Positions 9,995 through 19,200 of a stretch of 53,882 nucleotides of DNA are shown piece after piece. The translations under genes were made by a program, and so were the position numbers. This DNA is from Actinomycetota bacterium (GTDB taxonomy: Bacteria > Actinomycetota > AC-67): NCBI GenBank assembly GCA_020201525.1, contig JAIVGO010000012.1, positions 1 through 53,882 of the forward strand, given 5' to 3'. Each line of letters starts with the position of its first letter. The stretch's first letter is position 1. Under the pieces are notes generated by a model. It did not search any database, had not been told where the DNA came from, and saw only the letters and a list, made by a program, of their open reading frames with translations.

Positions 9995-11527
9995 ATGAGT
10001 GGACTCACCGGATGGCGGCGTATCGCAACGCTCGTCTTCGCTTTGGCCCTCGTCTTCGGGGTGCTCGTAACGACGGTCCGAGTCGGCGCGAGGCTGCCGG
10101 CCACCGACTTCCTGAATCCCCATAGCCGGGTGGGAGGCGTTGATTACTCCGCGGATTCGGTCCGCGGCCTCGCACCGCTCCGGAGCGCGTTCATTCGAGA
10201 GGCCCTCGGAAGCGGAGCCTCGACGGCGCTCGCGGCCGCGCCCGACTCGAAAACGCCCACTCGAAACCAGCCGACAGTCAAAGGGCGGCGGATCGTTCAC
10301 ACTACGCCGGCGGGGCGCAACGACAGCTTTTCGAACGTGGAGAACGTTCAGACGATTCCCTTCACGGACAATACGAATACGTCTAACACCACCGTCGAAC
10401 CCGGTGAGCCTCAGGCGTGCGCACCCACCACCGGCACGGTGTGGTACCGGTTCGTTCCCTCGAAGAACGTTGGATTGTCGGCGAGCACCGAAGGAAGCAA
10501 CTTCGACACCGTACTGGCCGTCTACACGGGCACGAGCCTGAGCACACTCTCGTCGCTCGTCTGCAAGGACAGCGGAACGTTCGGGCGCCACTACGCGGTC
10601 GCGTTCCAAGCCCATGCCAGCCGGGCTCTCTATTTCCAGGTCGGCGGCGTCGGAGCCGCTCGCGGCGATCTCGTTTTCAATCTCGATCCCGCGCCCCGGC
10701 CTCCGAACGACAATTTCGCCGACGCGACTGGCTTGTCGAAAATCCCCGTCACCGATAGGACGAACACTGCAGGAGCCGGCGTCCAGCCCGGCGAGGCGCA
10801 GCCCACGTGCATCTCATCAACGGGCGCCACCGTCTGGTACCGATACACGCCTCGAACCGATGCTCCATTGGTCGCATCGACGTTCGGAAGCGACTTCGCG
10901 ACAACGCTCGGCGTGTACACCGGCGTGAAGATGACCGCGTTGCAAGAAGCTGCGTGCGATGCGAGCAACACGCCGGTCTACCCCGCGCGCGTCGTTTTCC
11001 GCCCCGTCGCCGGCCGCACGTATTCCTTTCTCGTCGGTGGAACGTTCGGAGACCGGGGCAATCTCGCGTTCACGCTTGCGGCGGCTCCCATTCATCCGCC
11101 GAACGATGATTTCGCGCACGCACGTGCGGCAGGAGTTCCTTTCGCGGACCGGCCCTCCACCTTCGGGGCGACCATTCAGACGGCCGAGCCACGACCGTCC
11201 TGCGCGACGGGTATCGCCGAGAGCGTGTGGTATCGCTTTACTCCCGGCGAAACGATGCAGCTCGTCGGCGACACGTTCGAAAGCCGTGCTGACACAGTCC
11301 TAGCGGTGTACACGGGAAGCGCATTGGGTGACCTGCAAGAAGTTCCGCTTGCCTGCAGCGACGACACCGCGATCTCGACGAGCAGCTCGGGTGGCACCGG
11401 CGTCAACAGTCAGGTATCGCAAGTGACCTTCACGGCCCTTGCCGGCGAGACGTATTTCTTCCAAGTCGGCCTCAAGAGCGACGCGCAAGGAAACATCGCG
11501 TTCAACTTGGACCGGGCTAGCACCTGA
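9995..11527 (+). CDS. Exported/membrane-anchored protein with three tandem PPC-like beta-sandwich repeats
   Basis: N-terminal TM/signal; three ~125-135 aa repeats ND.F...EP..C...VWYR(F/Y).P...T..S...T.L.VYTG...C...V.F....Y.F.VG. Confidence 0.8.
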   Translation: MSGLTGWRRIATLVFALALVFGVLVTTVRVGARLPATDFLNPHSRVGGVDYSADSVRGLAPLRSAFIREALGSGASTALAAAPDSKTPTRNQPTVKGRRIVHTTPAGRNDSFSNVENVQTIPFTDNTNTSNTTVEPGEPQACAPTTGTVWYRFVPSKNVGLSASTEGSNFDTVLAVYTGTSLSTLSSLVCKDSGTFGRHYAVAFQAHASRALYFQVGGVGAARGDLVFNLDPAPRPPNDNFADATGLSKIPVTDRTNTAGAGVQPGEAQPTCISSTGATVWYRYTPRTDAPLVASTFGSDFATTLGVYTGVKMTALQEAACDASNTPVYPARVVFRPVAGRTYSFLVGGTFGDRGNLAFTLAAAPIHPPNDDFAHARAAGVPFADRPSTFGATIQTAEPRPSCATGIAESVWYRFTPGETMQLVGDTFESRADTVLAVYTGSALGDLQEVPLACSDDTAISTSSSGGTGVNSQVSQVTFTALAGETYFFQVGLKSDAQGNIAFNLDRAST

Positions 11528-13464
11528 TGAGTGCTCGCCGCCGCCGAATCCTAACGTCGTTCCGCAATCTCCGTCTGTTCTGGAAATTGTTGCTTCCGTT
11601 CCTTGCACTCATGCTCCTCGTGGGAGCGTCGGGGGCGTTCTTCATCGTTCGTGACCTCTCGTCGCGCGCCAGGGGGGAGCTCAACCAGGACTTGCTGCGC
11701 CGCTCCGTCGATGTGGAGCTGCTCATTCGAGATCAGGAGCTGTATCTCGTCGAATCGGTTCGCTATGCGGCGAATCTTCAGAGGATGCCGGAAGCAGTGC
11801 GGGATCACGATGCTCCACAGGTGCGCGGGCTGTTGACCTCGGTGCTCGCGCTGCGGACTTCGCTCAACGCGCTGATCGTGACCGACGAAAAGGGGACGGG
11901 CCTCGTCGAAATAACGCGTTCGGACCCCCGAACGAAACAGCTCGGGGTCGGGAAAGGCGGATCGTGGTCCAAGAACCAGTTCGTCGGCGAAGTGCTAAAG
12001 GGAGTCATCGACAGTGCCGGTGACAAGCGTTCCGCGATCGTTCGGATCGGCGAACAAGCGATGCTCGCGACCGCAGGACCGATCCGGGCTCCGTCGGTGG
12101 TCGGTTCGGCAATCGTCGGAATCCGTCTCGATTCAATTGCGAAGGACGCGAGCGAAAGGCTGGGTGGCGCGAGCATCCGCTTTTTCGACGGTGACGGTTT
12201 GCTCGTCGCCTCCGCTGGGCGGATGATCTCCGCCGCGAGCCGGACCGGGCTTACCTCATCCCAGCCGGTGCGGACGACCGAGCACGTGGGAACCACCAAG
12301 GTTTCGACGATCTACATTGCCTTGCAGGCTCGCGGCGGGCGCGTCGGGACGGCGGCGATCAGTCTTCCGCAGGCCCCGGCGTTTGCTTCGGTCCGCGGCA
12401 CGGGGCTGCGGCTCATTCTCATTCTGGCCGGCGCGATGGCCCTAGCTGTTCTCGGCTTGGGTTTTCTTCTGTCCCGGTACATCCTCGCGCAAGTCCATCA
12501 TTTGGTGGAGACCAACCGCGCGCTCGGTCGCGGGGAGCTTTCGGCTCGCGCTCCGGTGCTCGGTGACGACGAGGTCGGCGAGCTGGCTGAGGGGTTCAAC
12601 CAGATGGCCGAGCAACTGGAGGCAAGTTATCAAGAGTTGGAGATGCGGGTGGAGCAACGAACGGAGGAATTGCAGCGGCTGAATCAGGAAGTGACGAAGG
12701 CCTCCGAAGCACGGTCCGAGTTCTTCGCGGCGATGAGCCATGAGTTCCGCACGCCGCTCTTTGCAATCAACGGTCACGCCGAGATGATGCTCGACCCCGA
12801 TTTCGTGCCCAAGGACCGCAGGCGTCTGTCGTCGTTCGATCAGACGATCCACGACTTCGCGTCGACCATCAAGAGCTCGGGCGAGCACTTGCTGGAGCTG
12901 GTCAACTCCATCTTGGATCTCGCCAAGTTCGAATCGGGGCGGATGAGCGTCGATCTCGAACCCGTGCAATTACCCGACCTCGTCAAGGAGATCCAGGGAC
13001 AGGTCGTTCCGCTCGCGCGGCGCGGAGACCTGAACGTCTCCTTTGACATCCCGAAAGGATTGCCGCTCGTAGCGGCCGACCCGACGCGTATTCGCGAGAT
13101 CTTGCTGAACCTGATGTCGAATGCGATCAAGTACACGCCGGCCGGGGGGCAGGTGCGTCTTGCCGCGTCCGCGAACAACGGTGTCGTGCAGGTCGCCGTC
13201 GCTGACACCGGCGTCGGGATTCCCGAGGATGCGCGAGAACGTGTCTTCGAGCCGTTCTACCAAGTCAAAGGAACCCGTGCGCAGCGCGGTCAGGCCTCGA
13301 GCGGGCTCGGGCTGGCGCTGACGAAACGTCTCGTCGAGGCGCACGGCGGAGAGATCTCGTTCGATAGCGAGGTCGGGGTCGGCACGACGTTCACGTTCAC
13401 GCTGCAGACGGCGGGCGCCGTGAAGCCTGCGCGAAAGAGAACAGCGCGAAAGCGCCCCGCCTAG
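11527..13464 (+). CDS. Membrane sensor histidine kinase (TM-extracellular sensor-TM-HAMP-HisKA-HATPase)
   Basis: DEVGELAEGFNQMA HAMP, SHEFRTPL H-box, NLMSNAIKY N-box, DTGVG, GLGL, GTTF. Confidence 0.95.
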   Translation: MSARRRRILTSFRNLRLFWKLLLPFLALMLLVGASGAFFIVRDLSSRARGELNQDLLRRSVDVELLIRDQELYLVESVRYAANLQRMPEAVRDHDAPQVRGLLTSVLALRTSLNALIVTDEKGTGLVEITRSDPRTKQLGVGKGGSWSKNQFVGEVLKGVIDSAGDKRSAIVRIGEQAMLATAGPIRAPSVVGSAIVGIRLDSIAKDASERLGGASIRFFDGDGLLVASAGRMISAASRTGLTSSQPVRTTEHVGTTKVSTIYIALQARGGRVGTAAISLPQAPAFASVRGTGLRLILILAGAMALAVLGLGFLLSRYILAQVHHLVETNRALGRGELSARAPVLGDDEVGELAEGFNQMAEQLEASYQELEMRVEQRTEELQRLNQEVTKASEARSEFFAAMSHEFRTPLFAINGHAEMMLDPDFVPKDRRRLSSFDQTIHDFASTIKSSGEHLLELVNSILDLAKFESGRMSVDLEPVQLPDLVKEIQGQVVPLARRGDLNVSFDIPKGLPLVAADPTRIREILLNLMSNAIKYTPAGGQVRLAASANNGVVQVAVADTGVGIPEDARERVFEPFYQVKGTRAQRGQASSGLGLALTKRLVEAHGGEISFDSEVGVGTTFTFTLQTAGAVKPARKRTARKRPA

Positions 13465-13859
13465 AAGGACGCGCAGAGATACGGGCCACCGGTGCCCGAC
13501 ACGTTGCAAACAACGGTCGAATTGACGGTGAGCGAAGTCGTTCCCGGCATCTGGCAGGCGGTGGCGCGCATGCCGGAATTGTGGCAGGTGTCTTCGGTGG
13601 TCGTCGTGTCACCGGACGTATGCGTAATCGACACGGTCACGCTCGCGGACGTCGGCGGGTTCGAGGTGGCGGCCCCGGCGACAAGCAGGTGCGTTCCGGC
13701 GATCTTGAACGTACACGTCGCGCCGGCGGGGGTTGCGTTGCCCTGGCAGGACGCCACGGGCTGGGCGGCAAGCCCCGGAACGGGGATCAGCGCCCACGCG
13801 AGAGCTGCTGTCGCTCCGAGCATCCCGCGGAAGCGGTTTGCTCTGCCGCCTGTCTTCAT
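13461..13859 (-). CDS. Small secreted 6-Cys protein (paralog A)
   Basis: Signal peptide; six Cys aligned with the neighbouring paralog. Confidence 0.72.
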   Translation of the reverse strand: MKTGGRANRFRGMLGATAALAWALIPVPGLAAQPVASCQGNATPAGATCTFKIAGTHLLVAGAATSNPPTSASVTVSITHTSGDTTTTEDTCHNSGMRATACQMPGTTSLTVNSTVVCNVSGTGGPYLCASF

Positions 13860-13892
13860 CGCGATTCCCGTTGGGCCGCCGTGGTGCAATAC

Positions 13893-14261
13893 CTAGGAGC
13901 TGACGCAGGCGTATTCACCAAATCCGCCGATGCTCGCGTTGCACGTCAATGCGGTTCCGACGGTGACGCTCAGCGGAAGGCTGTTCTGACAGGCAGTGAA
14001 TGCATTGCCGCTCGACGCGCAGTTCAAAGGCGGGCTGAGAGGAAGGCCGTTCTTGAGCACCGAGACCGCCACGCTCGCGGTGCCCGCGTTCGTTGCGGCG
14101 GCGAATATCGTGATCTTGGTCCCGGTGGCCGTGAACGGGCACGAGCCGGATGTACCCTGGCAAAGCTGCGCCGCTTCACCCTGACCCGGCACGAGCAACG
14201 CGACGAGACATACAGCGGCAAAAAAGATCACCATCCGCCGTGGCGCTTTCCGAGCCTTCAT
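13893..14261 (-). CDS. Small secreted 6-Cys protein (paralog B)
   Basis: Basic N-terminus plus hydrophobic signal ending GEA; six Cys in the mature part; promoter motif upstream. Confidence 0.75.
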   Translation of the reverse strand: MKARKAPRRMVIFFAAVCLVALLVPGQGEAAQLCQGTSGSCPFTATGTKITIFAAATNAGTASVAVSVLKNGLPLSPPLNCASSGNAFTACQNSLPLSVTVGTALTCNASIGGFGEYACVSS

Positions 14262-14304
14262 CTTTCCCCCTGTTCGCCCGAGCCCGGACTTTTCATCGTG
14301 AAGT

Positions 14305-14330
14305 TTCTACGCTGTCGACGCGATTCCTTC
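14305..14330 (-). promoter_or_regulatory. Sigma-H-like promoter of the 6-Cys protein pair
   Basis: GAAGGAAT-N12-GTAGAA on the minus strand. Confidence 0.65.
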
Positions 14331-14347
14331 ACCCGCATTTGCGGGTG
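14330..14347. promoter_or_regulatory. Palindrome CACCCGCA-TT-TGCGGGTG, putative regulator box
   Basis: Perfect 8-bp inverted repeat abutting the -35 element; core CCCGCA-N2-TGCGGG recurs at 22813. Confidence 0.5.
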
Positions 14348-14381
14348 TCCGGCGAAGAAATAGCATCAACCGGGGGGCGGC

Positions 14382-14407
14382 GCAGGATCGGTGCGTTTCG
14401 CGGCGAA
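14382..14407 (+). promoter_or_regulatory. Sigma-H-like promoter of the small HTH gene
   Basis: GCAGGATC-N12-GGCGAA, 11 nt before the ATG. Confidence 0.55.
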
Positions 14408-14418
14408 ATACCAGGGCA

Positions 14419-14721
14419 ATGCCGAAGAAACCGCAGACCTACCGGGCCGACGAGTCTCCCGGCGTCACCGGAACCGAGCTTTTCCGGCCGCCGCCGCCAC
14501 TCGAGCCGGCCGATCAGACGATCCTGGACGCCCTCTGCCGTCCCGTGTTGGACGGCGATGCTTTCACGCCGCCGGCCACGCCGGATGAGATCGCGGCCCA
14601 GGTCGGGCTGGCCGAGTCGGTCGTGACGAGCCGGCTCGAGCGCCTGTGTGGCGCCTTCGAGGTCGACGACGTGCCGAACCTCGCGATGGAGGCCATTCGC
14701 CGGGGCGCCGCACGTCCGTAG
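14419..14721 (+). CDS. Small HTH protein resembling the LuxR-like C-terminal domain of actinobacterial FHA-HTH regulators
   Basis: ILDALCRPVL....PPATPDEIAAQVGLAESVVTSRLERLCGAFEV pattern. Confidence 0.62.
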   Translation: MPKKPQTYRADESPGVTGTELFRPPPPLEPADQTILDALCRPVLDGDAFTPPATPDEIAAQVGLAESVVTSRLERLCGAFEVDDVPNLAMEAIRRGAARP

Positions 14722-14747
14722 CAGGAAAACGGCTCGATCCTGTCGAA
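14721..14747 (+). promoter_or_regulatory. Sigma-H-like promoter of the beta-propeller gene
   Basis: GCAGGAAA-N13-GTCGAA. Confidence 0.65.
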
Positions 14748-14785
14748 ACGGTTTCCGACAGCACGGGGATGCCGGGGGGACCGCC

Positions 14786-16255
14786 ATGATTGCCAGGATC
14801 AAGGCCGTACTACCGCTACTCGCACTCACACTCACACTCCTACCCATGCGCGCATCCGCCGCGCCGTGGGTCATCACCCGCGTACCGGTCGGCAACGACC
14901 CGCAAGGCATCGCCGTGATGGGAACGCGCGTCTTCGTGGCAAACGCACTCGACAACACGGTGTCGGTGTGGGATGAGCAGGCCGCCGCCGTCGTCGCGAC
15001 CGTCCGGGTCGGGCGTAAGCCGTCGGGGATCGCGGCCGATGCGGAAACGGGCCGGGTGTACGTCGCCAACATCGCCGATGCAAGCGTGTCGGTGATCGAC
15101 GGCGCCTCGTCCCCGCGCGTCCTTCAAACGATCAAGCTCCGCATGGAGAAGCCGGCCGCGGTCGCCGTCGATTCGTACCTGCGCCGCGTGTACGTCGCGC
15201 ATCCGACGAAGAACGCCGTTTCGGTGGTCGACGTATCCGGAGCGAAGCCGGCGCTGTCGACTCTCAAAGCCGGTTCCAAACCCGGCAGCCTTGCCGTCGT
15301 GGTGTCGGGATCGCCGGGCGTCCATCGTCTCGTCGTAACGAACACCGGGTCGAATACGGTCTCGATCGTCAATCTCACTTCTTCGGCCACTCGTGCGCCG
15401 GCGGGCGCCGGCAGCATCGGCGTGTGCAAGGCGCCGTCGGGCGCTGCCGTTGATCAAGCCGCGAACATTTTGTACATCGCGTGCAGCGACTCGAGCGTCC
15501 AAGCCGTCGACTTGGCGGCGCGGTCGGTCGTGCAAACGTACGCCGGCGCGACCGGACGCAGCATCGCCGTCGCGACGGCGCTCAAGAAAGCATTCATCGC
15601 CGATGCAACCGGCCTTCGCGTGATCGATCTCGCGTCGAAGAAAGTAATCGCCACCACGATCACGTCCCATCCGGTCGGCGTCGCCGTCGGTGCAGCCGGC
15701 GATCGCGTTTACGTCACCGAATACGAGAGCCGCGAGAAGGGCGGAGCGCTCCTCATCGTCGGCGACGATCTTGCGGCGCCCGCGTCGAAGATCTTGTCGA
15801 ACAGCCTGCAGCCGGTGCCGTCGCAAACGTTTCGCGTCGGTCCGGCGACGCTCACCGGCGAAGGTGTGGTGCCGCCGAACACCTTCCCCTTTGCCGGGCG
15901 CTCGACCGACGTGCTTTCCGGGGTCAAGAGCGTCGCGGTGACGTTCGTCGGCTCCGCCAACGGCGCGCGCTTTTCCTACGACGCGTCGGTGATCAACTGC
16001 GACGACGGCAACCACGAATGCACGTGGGTCGTCCATAAAGGGCCGCCGCCGCCCGGCGCGTACCGCGTCACCGCGCGCGCGACGGACGGAGCCGGCAACG
16101 TCGAATCGCCCGGCGCCTCCGCGACGGTGATCGTTGCCGCGGTTGCGACCCGAGCGAGCAATGCGGCCGGTGTCTGGGGCCTGCTCGGCGGGCTGGCGGC
16201 TGCCGGGATCGCCGGCGGCGTCCTTACGACTCGCCGCCGCCGCAGAGCGGCTTAA
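14786..16255 (+). CDS. Secreted YncE/YVTN beta-propeller with Ig-like domain and C-terminal TM-polyArg tail
   Basis: Signal ending ASA; repeated VG..P.GIA....RVYVAN....VSVID units; YRVTARATDGAGNVE Ig motif; tail WGLLGGLAAAGIAGGVLTTRRRRRAA. Confidence 0.88.
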   Translation: MIARIKAVLPLLALTLTLLPMRASAAPWVITRVPVGNDPQGIAVMGTRVFVANALDNTVSVWDEQAAAVVATVRVGRKPSGIAADAETGRVYVANIADASVSVIDGASSPRVLQTIKLRMEKPAAVAVDSYLRRVYVAHPTKNAVSVVDVSGAKPALSTLKAGSKPGSLAVVVSGSPGVHRLVVTNTGSNTVSIVNLTSSATRAPAGAGSIGVCKAPSGAAVDQAANILYIACSDSSVQAVDLAARSVVQTYAGATGRSIAVATALKKAFIADATGLRVIDLASKKVIATTITSHPVGVAVGAAGDRVYVTEYESREKGGALLIVGDDLAAPASKILSNSLQPVPSQTFRVGPATLTGEGVVPPNTFPFAGRSTDVLSGVKSVAVTFVGSANGARFSYDASVINCDDGNHECTWVVHKGPPPPGAYRVTARATDGAGNVESPGASATVIVAAVATRASNAAGVWGLLGGLAAAGIAGGVLTTRRRRRAA

Positions 16256-19200
16256 CGCTTCGACTTCGCAGGACGCTTCGTCAGCGATGTCAGCGCTTTT
16301 TGCGCCGCTGCCTTGTTCGACTGCGCGTTGCGATAATCCGGTGCGATGGCGAGCGCAGCGTCGTACGCGCTCAAGGCTTCGCGCAGTGCGGCCGCCGCGT
16401 CGCCTTTGCGTCCCGTGGCGACGAGCGACTCGGCACGGAGCGAGAGCACGGCTCCGCGGTTGTTGTGCGCGTAGATGTAATCCGGTGCGATGCGCAGCGC
16501 TTCGTCGTGCGCGGCGAGCGCTTCGCCGAACCGTTCCAGCGCGGCCTCGTGCTGAGCGGCTGCCGCGTGCAGCGTTCCGAGCGCTCGAAGCGTGCTGCCC
16601 AGGTTGTTGTGCGCATAGACATAGTCCGGAGACAGCTTGAGCGCCCGCTCGTAGACCTCGGCCGCGGCGGCGTAGCCTTTCCTTGCCGGCTCCGTGCGGC
16701 CGGCAGCAGCATCGAGATCGCCGGTGCCGCGCAATGTCATCCCCTTGTTGTTGAGGACCTCGACGTCGTCTGGCCCGTGTATCAACGCCGCATCGAGCGC
16801 CGCGAGACCCTTCTTGTACCCGGCGCGTGCCTCTCTCGGCCGCCCGGTTGCCGCGTACAGGTCGGCGATGCTGCGGAGGGTAACACCGAGGGCATTCGCG
16901 GCGCGGACATCGGCCGGCGACGATCGGACGACGGTCTCGGCAGAGGAAATCGCGGCGCGATATGCCGCAATCGCCTCGTCGGGCCGTTGCATCGTCGCGA
17001 GCAATTCGCCATGCGCGCGCTGAACGTTGCTCTGGCTGCGCAGAGCGCGCGGGTCGTCCGGAGCCGCCTTCAACGCTTGTCGGTATGCGTCCGCGGCCGC
17101 GTCGTAGGCGGACAAAGCCCCTGGGTATCGAGACAGCTTCGCCTCGAGCTCGCCGAGCCGCCGAAGTGCATCGCCCTTCCCCCGCAACGCTTCGGCATCG
17201 CTCTGCGCTGAAGCGAGCGCGCGGTCGTACGAGGAAATCGCGGCGTCGTATTCGCCGCGTGCCTCGTCGTAGCGCGCCAGGCGGGCCGAGAAATCCGCCG
17301 AGGCGCGCGCCATCCGTGCGCTTTCCATATCCCCGGCCGGAAGCTCCTTTCGCAGAACGAGCAGTGCGCGACAGAGCTCCAATCGATTACGCGCGAGCCC
17401 GTTTGTGAACGCCGAGAGCCACTCCGCAGCACCGCGGGGCGGGTCGGACATCGATGCGTGATACACGGCCTCGACGACCGATCCGATATCGCCGTCCTTC
17501 GCGCGAGCGCGGTGGAAGCGTTCGAGCGCTGCGTCGGCTCGGGAAAGGACGTCGTCCTCTCTCTCGCGCGCAAGACGCCGAAGGAGGTCGTGCACCCGGA
17601 ACGTTCCGGTGCGATCGGTTCGCCACACGAACGAAAAATTGAGCAGGGCGGCGAAGGACGGATCGGTCGCTTTGAAGTTCAGCGCCTCGCCCAACGCGAC
17701 GTACACGTCGCGGTCGAACCACCGGGCCGCGGCGAGCGCGCGAACCGCAAAACCAACTTCGTCGTCGACGTACCGCAAGAGCCGAGCGACGAGCTGCTCG
17801 GCCTTTTCCGCGAACGCATCCGTCTGCTGCACCTCGCCGAGGCCGCCGCCGTCTCGAGAGTTGGCAACCACGTCGGCGCACAGTCCCAGATAAAGCGGGT
17901 GGATCTGGTCGCCGACGCGTGCAATCGCAAGAATGTGCCGCCTGGTCGCCTCGTCCGAAATCCCGGCGGCCTCGAGGAACGACGTCGCGTCGGGCAGCGG
18001 CAGAAAATCGAGCCGGTGCAGCTCGATACGATCGCGGCCGATTTTCGCAACCGGGGCCTTGTCCCACCGCGGCGGCTCGCGTCCGGCGACGACGCACACG
18101 ATTCCGGCGGCCAAGTCCACGTTGACGAGCAATCTGCGGAGCCACTCGTCGCGCTCGAAGAAGAGATGATCCGAAACGAAACGCGCGCCGGCCCAAAACG
18201 CCTCGTGACCGTCGAAGAAAAGCACGACGCGGTCGCCCGGCGACATCGACGCATTGAGATCACGCGCAAACAGCGCGGGGAGCTCGTCGATCAGCTCCGT
18301 CGCCGGATCGAGACGCTCGATGGCTTCGATCGTCGCCGGGTCGATCTTCCGCCGCTTCGCGTATTCGTCGAGCGAGGTGCCGAGTCGCCGCGTGATCATC
18401 TCCAGCGCCGATTCCGCGACCCAGTGCTGTTCGGCCACGACGTCGGCGACGGACGCGATGAAGTTGCGCTCTTCGTCGGGGAACAACGATTTGAGGCGCT
18501 CGGGGCTCGAAGCACCGGTCGCGTGCAAATAGTGCACGCACGCAAAGTCGAAGAGTGGAAACGCGCGCCCGGCAAGCGCGCGCCGGAGCATGAGCAGCGC
18601 CGAAAACGCTTCTTGGGGCCGGTCGTCCCCTCGCGGCGCGGCGGCGAGATCGAGAAGGGCGTGCGGCACCGGAGTGCACCGCTCCGCCAGGTGCCGAAGG
18701 AGCAACGACTTGCCGTTCCCTCCGTCGCCGTGAAAGAAGATCACCTTTTCGGCCGGCGTTTCGTTCTCGAGCGTCTTGGTAAACCGCCGGATCGGTTCTG
18801 CGCGGTCGGTGAAAAGCTCGAGTGCCCGCCAGCCGGTCGCCGCGCTGCCCGCCCGTGGCTTCTCTTCTGGGACTTCCGCCGGTGTCGTGCGCAACGGACG
18901 CCCGCTGAAAAGTGCGCGAACCGACGGATGAACCTCGCGCGGAGCAAGCAGAAGCAGCGCCACCATGCCGGCGAGGAAGCCGCCGATATGTGCTTCGTAC
19001 GCGACGGCGGGCGACGGGCCTTCGTGCGCAACACGCAGATAGTTCTGGCTCAGCTGTAGAACGAAATAAAACGCTGCAAGGATCCACGCAGGGATGTCGA
19101 CCGCCGCAATCGAGACGAGGCGCGACTTGGCGGCTCCGGCGGGGCCTTCGTGCATCATCTTGCGCAGCTCGCGTCGCCCACCGAACGAAACCGATAGCGT

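Noticed and set aside
14740-14761. Imperfect inverted repeat CTGTCG-AAACGGTTTC-CGACAG as a LacI-type operator
   Set aside because: Single imperfect copy, partly formed by the promoter -10 element, and no LacI gene in the window
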